A stretch of 44,795 bases of DNA, counting the filler, from Jimgerdemannia flammicorona (lineage: Eukaryota), in the NCBI GenBank assembly GCA_003990765.1. It is 2 parts of 2 records of this genome, joined end to end, with 100 filler letters (N's around TTAATTAATTAA, not from the genome) between each part and the next. Parts side by side here need not be neighbours in the genome. Positions count along the whole stretch, not along the records: positions 22,450 to 44,795 come from RBNJ01001295.1; 1 more part is not named here. One strand, given 5' to 3'. Shown here piece after piece: positions 35,761 through 44,795 of the stretch. Every line of letters starts with the position of its first letter. Position 1 is the stretch's first letter. Position numbers and translations under genes: made by a program. The notes beneath the pieces are model-generated. The model did not search any database. It saw only the letters and a program-made list of their open reading frames with translations, and was not told the origin of the DNA.

Positions 35761-35945
35761 GACTGTGAAGAGTTGGTTTCTGCCATCCTGAAAGTGTTGG
35801 CATGCTTTATTTGTCTTAAACATGGTGTATACATATGAATTTTCATCTGTCTAAGACATATGTATGAGACATTTCATGTAAAACATAGTAATAAAAGAAT
35901 ATCTTAACTCTTATGGAGTTTCTTAGCCATTTTGAAAGCTTGGCA
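35761..35945 (+). repeat. DIRS left inverted terminal repeat
   Basis: Reverse complement of 39803-39974 apart from C>T/G>A changes and two small indels. Confidence 0.93.
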
Positions 35946-38900
35946 GTTTGTCTCTTCTCATGATCCACAGAACCCTTCCTATCACATTACTATGAGCAAT
36001 GAATAACTCCAAAAATAATAACAATAGGCTGCTCTGGCTGAGTATGCTGAGTTCCTTTGACAGGTCATCAAGACTGTCACAGTCAGCCTCTGCCCTCCTC
36101 AGTATGACCAACATATCTTATCAATACTCTTTTCCTTTAGTATTTCAGATGTTCCAATCCTGTAGTCCTTAGACTTAACAGGAATTCTGATAGTATAGAC
36201 CTTCATGATGATGTCAACAGTAGTGATAATGAATTCCTTATAGTAGACAAGTTTTGGATCATTAGGAGATATCATATATCTCTTATATTTACTAATACTA
36301 TTCTACTAGAATATATTGAGATATATCTCATCTCTATCAGTTTTAAGAAACTCCTCTATTAAAACTCTGAACCCAAACAGAGTGTTCTCTATATCTTCTC
36401 TATTGATGAAGCCTTCACTGACAATTTTAACAAATTTACTAAAAAAGCAGACAAGATTCTTACTGATATTTAACAGACAATCTACAATACTCTCTAACCT
36501 ATTACTATTACTCTCCAGGCCCTCAAATGTCACTCAAATGATGCTAATCTCTACTACTACAGATTGGTCTATAATACTGTCATTCTTCTCTTAGTGGAAA
36601 AACTACAAGACTCTCTCCAGATTAGATTCTATAAAGTAGAATATATATATATTTACTATTATATTAAACTTACTAAATCTGCTAAATAGTTATCTGTTCT
36701 CATCTCTGGCTACTATATAGTGGCTTCTGGCTCTGAGTATATGTAATAGTAATCTATTTGGTACTAAATTTATTTATTATTTTTATAATAATACCAAATA
36801 TTGCAAGCACTTCCTTATAGTTAAAAAAATCTTCAAACTATGAGATAATATACTCTTGTCCTATAGCTCTAGTAGTTATAGTCAGGAAAATAGATTCTAG
36901 AGCAGTCACTATCTCAACTATTACAATTTATAATAACAGAGCTCTCAGAACTGCTCTCTAAGTACAAATAGCTGAGAAGGTTTCTAATACTAAGCTCTAA
37001 ATCTAGACAACAGTATTTCAACACTTATTGCTCATCTTTGAAGAACTAATTGATCTATAATATCATTGTCTCCAAGATCTCAAATATTATCTCCAAGGTA
37101 GGAATATAGTTAGCTTAGATTCTTAAGACTATTTGGACAATTCTGAGCATTAACTATTAAGTAATTAATATAGTCCACAGAAAGAACTATATTAAATAGT
37201 TACAAACCCAACTCTCCTCCAGACTGAACTCAGGTTCTTCTACAAGAAAAGTATATTAGTAATAGAGAAGACTCTGTTAAATACTACTATTATCAAGTTC
37301 TAGAACAAGAAGACTATCTACTCTATATAGAACAGAGAGCTGCTTTTCTTTTATAATATCTTTACAATCTTCTAGATTGATAAAAACTATACCTATCTTG
37401 ATACCTATTTGCTGAATAGTTTTATAAGATAATTATAGTTCAAGATAGAAGGTTTCTAGACCCTATATTATAGTCTGGCCTAGTGATTATCTCATCAAGA
37501 TCAACCTATCTTTATATTCTCTTATACTTAAATAATTAATAATTACTTATCTTTTAGTAATAGAAGATTAACTGAAAATTTCATACTATACTATTTGGTC
37601 TATCATCTGCTCTATATATCTAGACAAGATAATAGTATATAATAGTTCTAAAGTCTCTTCAAGCAAGAGATATCTGGCTTATATATTATATTAATAATAT
37701 ATTATATCTTCTGATCTCTATAAGAGATAACAAACTCTAATATAGAAGAATTATTTGTAACTATCTGGAAATATTGGGTTTTTTTCTATATCTAATAAAA
37801 TATATATAAGAGCTTATATAGTAATAGATATTTCTGAGATTTCTGATTAATATTATTAATATAGAACTCTACTTATTCAAGAACAAGATACATATGTAAT
37901 ATTTATAGAGAGACTATACTCTATATGTAAGATAGTATTACTAGTTAGTCTCTATAACTATAATTAGAATAGTCTCATATTCATATCTCTGATATCTCAA
38001 AAGGACTTATATTAGTGATCTCTTGAGCCTTTTAGCTAAAATAGCTAGTTTCTACTTACTGAATACTCTGAGATCATAGTTAATATAAATGTTAGTAACT
38101 TAGATTAGGACTTTGAAATTACTACTTCTATATCTACCAACTAGATTATATAGCAAGTGATAGATACTTGGGCTCCTATAGAATAATACTACTCTAGTAA
38201 CTACCATAAACTCAAGATAGTTCTATTCACACTTCAGATCAATAACTGCTATTAGAAGAACTATATAGTTTTTATTCAGATAGACAATATGACTATGAGG
38301 GCTTTCATCAATAAGCAAGAGAGCTCTCTCTTTTATCTAAATGAGATTGCTACTAAGATATATTATATCTACTTAATAAAGAGGATATATCTCTTTGCCA
38401 AATATATCTTTAGAATAGAAAATATTTATACTGATTTTTTGAACTATATCTATTCTAGTCCAGATGAGTGATAGCTCAACCCAATACTTTTTGACATTTC
38501 CTCCATTAGAGTCCTATCTGTCTAGATCTCTTTATATTATAGATAATAATCCAGACTCTCTACTTTTATAACTAATAGACAGATCTCAATATTCTAGATA
38601 CTGATACTTTCTAACATTAATAGCTAATATTTAGTATATATACAAATATACTATAGACCCTTCTCAACTATATACTATACAAGATTAAGGTAGATAGATA
38701 TGCTTATCTTATTCTTATCATACTATTTTAGAAATAATAGAGCTAGTGGTCCAAACTTCTGAAAATAGTAACTGCTTTTCTCATTCTTCTTTCTTATTAT
38801 CTCCTGATAATAGAAAAGATAATATTATAGATAATATACTAAAAAAACTCTAGTATAGCAGATTAGTAGTAATTTTCAGATACTCTATGACTCTATTAAG

Positions 38901-39572
38901 TAATAAATTTTGCAGTAAGAAAATACACACTCTTCCTACTCTATATATATTCTGATAAATAGTAAGCAATTTTGAAAAATATAAGATAACTATTAGTTTT
39001 TACAATAGTATCAATGATTGGTCTACCAAAATGGTCCTAACTACCAATATGATAAAGGAATATATTTCTGATATTATCACTAAGGTCTCTCATTCCATTC
39101 TAGTCCTCTTGGAGGATAAGACAATATATCCTATATACTGAGTCTTCTGCTAGATGAGTGAGATAGAATCTCTCTGCCTACAGACCAATTGTGACTGCCT
39201 ATTCATCAGTATATATATACTTACTTTATCACAATCTTATCTGATCATCTTTGAAATTAGTTTTTCAAATATATGACAGCTGCAGACATTGATCCAGTTT
39301 ATTGCCCTCACTCTGCTCAGGCTGAATCCTCTACTGAGGCTCTGAAAGAGAGCACATTCATTGATAAAGTCCTTAAGAGTAGTAATTAGAGCTTCAAAAC
39401 TATATTTGAATATCACTATCATTTACTCTATTGGATGCTAGTCCTTTTACAATCTGCTTGGGCCACTTCTCTCATCTACATAATCCTCAAGTATAAGGGC
39501 AAAGCTAAGGCTGACATGACTCTGGCCAGATGCTCTACTCATATTAGATCTAAAACAACCAACCCTGAAATG

Positions 39573-39677
39573 GTCTGGAACAAAGAGATGCTTAGTCCTG
39601 GATGGATGAGGTGCCATAGGCACTGAAGTCTGTCCCAGACTTTGTGAGCTTTGGGAGGACCATAAAGAGTTGGTTTC
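39573..39677 (+). repeat. DIRS internal complementary region (ICR)
   Basis: 39573-39597 is complementary to the left terminus (35739-35763); about 39596-39677 is complementary to the right terminus (39955-40035). Confidence 0.92.
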
Positions 39678-39802
39678 CCACCTATTCCCTGATCCTTTCT
39701 GATTTTTCTAGATATATTTCTCTCTTTCTGATTTCTTCAGCTGCACTTTGCCAGCCAGTTTTTTTTTTCCTTTTTTCCCTCTTCAGGTATTCCTGGCTCA
39801 CA

Positions 39803-39974
39803 TGCCAAGCTTTCTGGGCTAAGGGACTCCGTGGGAGTCGAGATGTTCTTTTATTACTATGTTTTACATGAAATGTCTCATACATATGTCTTAGACAGAT
39901 GAAAATTCGCCATGTTTAAGACAAATAAAGCACGCCAACACTTTCAGGATGGCAGAAACCAACTCTTCACGGTC
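39803..39974 (-). repeat. DIRS right inverted terminal repeat, followed by a right extension to 40035
   Basis: Reverse complement of 35761-35945; retains its CpGs. Confidence 0.93.
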
Positions 39975-40732
39975 CTCCCAAAGCTCGCAAAGTCTGGGAC
40001 AGACTTCGGCGCTACGGCGCCTCGTCCATCCGGGAATATCCACGTTCTGTACGTGCAACGACCAAAGGTTATTTACTTTGCAGAAAATTTCTTTGCGCAA
40101 ATATTAGTAACAATAGATTCTACCTTTGGCGTTCGTGATACATTGGTCGAACTGCCAGACGTCCGCCACAGCTGCTGGGATTGGCGTGCACGCCGTCCAC
40201 TACTCAGATAGAGAGAATCGGTGAGGTAACGATAGGGCCGTCATATAGACGGCGGAGGCGGAACGGAACAAAAAGCTACAATTGGTGGGTTGTATGAAGG
40301 AAGAAATATTGTAGGTAATGCTGACTCTATTGTTGTGTGCAGTATGAAGTTCAAAGTTACCTTATACAACAGTCCTTCCATCTCGGCCTGAGGATGATAC
40401 CCCCGCGAATAATTCCAGAGCAAAGGGATTTCTGCCGTGAGAATGTGGAAAAGTGCATTTCGATGACGCGATAAATTCACAACGCGTATTGGTTGACTCA
40501 CCGAACGTAAAAACGTTCAAGACTAAGCGACACCCAGTCAGCACGATCACAAAAAAAAAAAATTGAATTGTGTCCATTGTTGGTTGGTTGCGTGTTCTGT
40601 AGGCTTCGGACGTCTTTTAAATCCCCGTGAGGTGTCGAAAACACAGGGGAGTTTGTGTGGAACCTAGTCTCTTCCGAAGATGGGTATCGAGGAAACCATA
40701 CTGTAATAGGAAATACCAGTGTCGATGTCCGA

Positions 40733-40772
40733 GGAGGCGCGGAGGCGCGGAGGCGCGGACGCGCGGACGCGG
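40733..40772. repeat. GC-rich 8-bp microsatellite (GGAGGCGC/GGACGCGC)
   Basis: About 5 tandem units read directly. Confidence 0.8.
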
Positions 40773-42228
40773 TTTTTTCGGCCGCCACCTTGACAATTTA
40801 ACCTAGATTCAAAGTCACAGTTCACACTTCAGTAATAAGCTTACTTTCTGATTTTAGAGAGCAGATTGAACTAATTGTAACTGTGTTTAGATATTTTGTA
40901 TATCAAAAAATAGTTTTTCTGCTGTTTTTTTTTCTTCTTCTAAGATTTCGTGCGAATATACCGACATAGTACATTGAGAGATATTAACGGTTGCTCTCAG
41001 TATTAGGGGGTTACTTTTTTTTAATAAAAATAACCTTTTAAGAGTGTTTTTGTGTGTAATCAAACATTATATGAATCGGTACGGATTGTGAAAATCACGC
41101 AAATTGTCATAATTTGGAAGTAATAATCATACCCAAGAGGTTCAGCTGGGTCAAGCTCGTGTTCTTGCTACTAGGTGTAAGATCCCAACGTGACTGATGT
41201 TATATAAAGAATGGCAAGTGAGTATATACGCACAAGGAAGGTCGTGAGCTGATTACCTCTCCTCACGCAAACTAATCCTAAGTCTGAGTGGCATGTTCAA
41301 CTCGACTGAGGGCTTGCTTTTATCTCGCTTGAAGCGCCATTGCAAAAATGTTGCCCGCCACGTTTCTTCATAACACGCCGCCTCTAAAATTGGCAATCCT
41401 TTGCTATGCCAAGTCGCTCGTCTCTAAAAAATAACATGGGCGGACAATTTGAAAGTTTCGACGCCAGCGTAAGACGTGGAATGAAAAGGCGGAATGCAAA
41501 CAGCGAACCTCAAACCAAACAGGGATCGCTTTGCTGGCAGCTCGTCTTTGAACGTGATACTACGAACCCAGTGGCCTCTCGTGCTGTCGCGCATCGCATG
41601 TGGTGTGCGACGGAACCCACAGGCAAACACCCATCCGCACGAAGAACACGCTCGGCTTTCTCGCTAATAGTTGACACATAATGTGTTGGCCTGGGTGACG
41701 TTAGTTGAATGAACGCTTTCTTTAGTCTATTTTCGAATTTTGTCCTCCCTAAATATTTTTGCACAACGAAAACGGTCTGCTGGATGTTGTGCGCAGTGAA
41801 AAAAGCCTGCTGTTCTATAGCCCGAGGTTCGGTCTTACGCATGTTAGATAATTTCGGACGCATGTTGAATATGAATCCAGCCCAATTCGCGCCTTGAATA
41901 CACGGCCTCAATTCCCCTGCGATTGCCATTACTCGCGACCCTTGACAGTTGAATCCATTGTGTAAGAGTTGTTCCGCCTATAGTTATGGGTCATTTTTGC
42001 CTTTAAGCCTTTCTATGAGATATTTCTCCTGTACGCGGGTTCATTTCCCTAGCGACGTGAATTACCAACAAAGAACCAAATTAGGGCCGCCCCTAAGGAA
42101 TTCAAAATGCTCGCAACATTTATTGTCCAATTTATTCAGTTGACTTCATTTTGAACTTCTGACGGATAGCCCGAAATTTATGGTTGAAATTTCAAAACTC
42201 TCGCAGAATCTGGGTGTGGCAAATTCAT

Positions 42229-43444
42229 TTACATGTTCTGAGCGACAAATGGCCCACCAAATTCGATTGAATTCCGTTTGAAAAACTGCCAAATCGGAAG
42301 TCGATGAGCGTAAATGTCGTCAATGTCACTCAAATTATACATATACACGTTCGAAATAACGCACTCACCTCCTCGAGCTTCTGACCGTCGCTACCAATCA
42401 GGTTCTTCAAATCATCCGTCGTAAAGTCGGCCTGCCCAGCCCTGACCCACTCGAGCTCATCGAGGAGCGTCTGGGTCTGCTTATCGGTTGGCTGTCCCTC
42501 AAAGAGATCCTTAAGTTTATCGTCGGCACCGTCGCGTCGGGACTTGAGGTAATTCTCGAGTACTTCGCGCTTAACGGTGAGATACTCGACTCTACCGTTG
42601 CCAATGGCGCGATTGAGACGATCGACGATTTCGGGACCGTCGAGCTGTGATGTAAATAAGAATGTGTTAGAGTTTAAGAAGAGTGTGCACGTGGGAATAT
42701 ATTGTAATGTTGCCTACCTGCTCAGGACCGGTAAGAGTATACGTTTTCCCCTGATGATGACGGTGGGTATCGCCGTGAATGATGGCGTGAACAGCGCGGG
42801 TAATATCCTCGTGTTGGATGGGGGAAAACTTCTGGTTTGGTTCCAGGGTCAGAGGAAATTTGCCGTTCACCACGACATATTCGCCCCAGAGGTGGAAGAT
42901 GTTAGAGATCCAAGTAGTGCTATAATGAGGACGGTCAAAATTAGTCGGTGTCGGTCAACAAGTTCGTCAACATCGTGTAATTTTACCGTAAAATGACCCA
43001 ATTCTTTCCCTTCTGCTTCACATAGTTCTCCAATTCCAAAAGCTCCTTCATCTGATTCCAATTCTGCGCTTCGGCACCAGCGACGGATATGAAGATGACG
43101 TTAGCAACCTGGCCGGCTCTCTGCATGGCGTCTACAAGCTTCTTTGTGTTTTCGACACGGTTGTCGTCCAACGAGTCGGGGACGAGCAGGACCCAGTCGA
43201 CCTCACCGCCAAAGGCGGCCACTAGAGAATTTTCGTTCTTGTAATCGATTGGCTTAAGCTCTGCACCAGACCTCCTGAGGCAGCGCCCGCGTTCTGGATG
43301 GACGAGTGTGACAGAGAGACGGCGGAAGTCGGCGCGGTACTCGGTGAGCATGTGGTGTGCGAATTCGTTACCGATATATTGGTCACCACTCGTTATGACG
43401 ACGGTGATTTGCTTGTTGTCGAGGGAGGTCGAGGGAGTTGTCAT
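42229..43444 (-). CDS. NmrA-like / atypical SDR NAD(P)-binding Rossmann-fold protein, 4 exons
   Basis: Exons 43444-42987, 42919-42718, 42644-42369 and 42285-42229 with GT-AG introns, in frame. Motifs VVITSGDQYIG, LVDAMQRAG..VIFISVAG, WVILR, PIQHEDI, HQGKTYTLTGPE, TTDDLKNLIG..EEFFK; TATATAAA at about 43540. Confidence 0.9.
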
Positions 43445-44726
43445 GGTGGCCTGGAGAGTCAGTGAGGGTGTGATGTTAAGTGGCGTGCGAAGGATGTTCG
43501 AATGACGACGAAGAAAGGTTTGAATGTGTGGCTTTATATACCGCAGAGGAAGGGCAATTATCACTGTCAGATGCGTGCTATGCACGCATGTTGATTTATT
43601 CTGCATGACCCCTTTGAAAGGTATGAAAAGGAGTTGACACCGATGCTGTGTCATGCAAACCACATTTTCGCCCGACTATACTTATGTTTTCGTGGGGGAT
43701 GATGAGACATATAATATCACAGGACGGTTCAGTCGTTTTATGAAGGACTGAAATATCTTCTGTAGAAATACACGTTTGTCCGAGGGCTCATAGCATTTTG
43801 ATCAGGGCTAATAAATGACACAATACTGATACAACCATCCGGCTTTAAGTTCAAACATGCCAAATTACATATAGTATCGGGCGTTCATATTTGTAAATGG
43901 GGAGAGGGAGGCTAAGACACGAGCCCCTTTAGATCGCGCCAAAAAAAATGTTCCTACCTCGCAAATACATACTTGGCATTAGCATTGCCGTCGATGGCCA
44001 AATACTTGAGAGAGATGGATTTTTCTATAGTAACATACGTGAAGACGAACAGCGCTATCCAGCCTGAATGTTGTCCTTTCCACAGTATCATGCGACACAT
44101 TCCCAACGGAACTGTCTTCAAACTCTGATTCGTAATGGTTCAGTTTGGGCTGGTAGTCTGGAGAATAAAAGACAAGCATCTTGAAACTACACCGCTACAG
44201 TTAAACCTATATTAATGTCTGTTGGAGTGTCCACATTAAATAAAATAAATAAAAATAAAAAAATTCGTCGCAAATTGGTTGGAAATCGCCCGACATAATT
44301 ATGCGACAAATTAAAATTGGGTTTTCGAAACAATCATAGCTGACCCAGTGGTAGTCACCCAATTCTAATGCTCGGGAAGGCGTATTGCAGTAAGATTTCC
44401 GTCTTTCATGGGAGAATAATCATTTAAGTGTTCGGAGATGTGTAAATGAAGGATTCTTACTTTCTCTTCCTCTCTCTGAACCATTTGGTGGATTTAACCT
44501 TAGATTGTGATCCCTCGACGATTTTTGCAGGTTCCTCAGTTGCGCCGTCAAAAATCTGTCTTCAAGCTTTCTGAAATTTCTATTATGGGCAATGCTCCGA
44601 TTCGAAGGCCTGACGCCACGGCAAAATAATGGACATTTGTTACGCCAAAGCCAGATTTGCTTACCTCAAGAATTTCGGGCCACCTGATTTTAAAGCCCGT
44701 TACTTTTTCCATTCCTCCGTTTCTTT

Positions 44727-44795
<69 letters not shown>

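Larger units (their letters stand above)
35738..40035 (+). mobile_element. Full-length, hypermutated DIRS1-type tyrosine-recombinase retrotransposon
   Basis: Decayed RT (LFGLSSA 37591; YINN for YIDD 37687-98), RNase H (IQIDNMTMRAFINKQES 38274), methyltransferase-like domain (YTNIL*TLL..ILIILF*K**S*W, about 38636-38760) and YR (HSAQ for HSAR at 39309; N*S for NWS at 39384; HY at 39414), bounded by ITRs and an ICR. Confidence 0.93.

Noticed and set aside
41510..41929. 139-aa minus-strand ORF
   Set aside because: No recognisable motif or splice support; stops accumulate downstream.
43979..44700. Intron-like GTAAG..AG segments on the minus strand
   Set aside because: Could be a decayed gene, but no consistent frame or family could be built.

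Overview
Eukaryotic, intron-containing fungal-type DNA. The gene families (BTB-BACK-TLDc, DUF4246, RI-type LRR, NmrA-like, carboxylesterase, JMJD4) and ~50% GC genes suggest Mucoromycota, possibly Endogonales; this is inference and not proven. Apparently intact or near-intact genes: a small tail-anchored protein, a 3-exon 7TM protein, two ~90% identical intronless BTB-TLDc genes in a ~3.5 kb inverted duplication, a 6-exon carboxylesterase with a late frameshift, JMJD4 and an NmrA-like gene. Pseudogenes the ORF track misses: DUF4246, a GEP4-type PGP phosphatase and an LRR gene with 84-nt exons. Mobile DNA: a full-length DIRS1-type tyrosine-recombinase retrotransposon with ITRs and an ICR, a hAT transposon with TIRs and an 8-bp TSD, and two related hAT MITEs. 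An artificial 100-bp gap linker lies at 22350-22449. Top signal: the DIRS and hAT elements and an adjacent repeat block are saturated with C>T/G>A changes at CpG, CpA and CpC but not CpT, while the closely linked inverted gene duplication (an ideal classical RIP substrate) is untouched. This points to a TE-targeted hypermutation process that differs from canonical RIP. All alignments and translations were done by eye.
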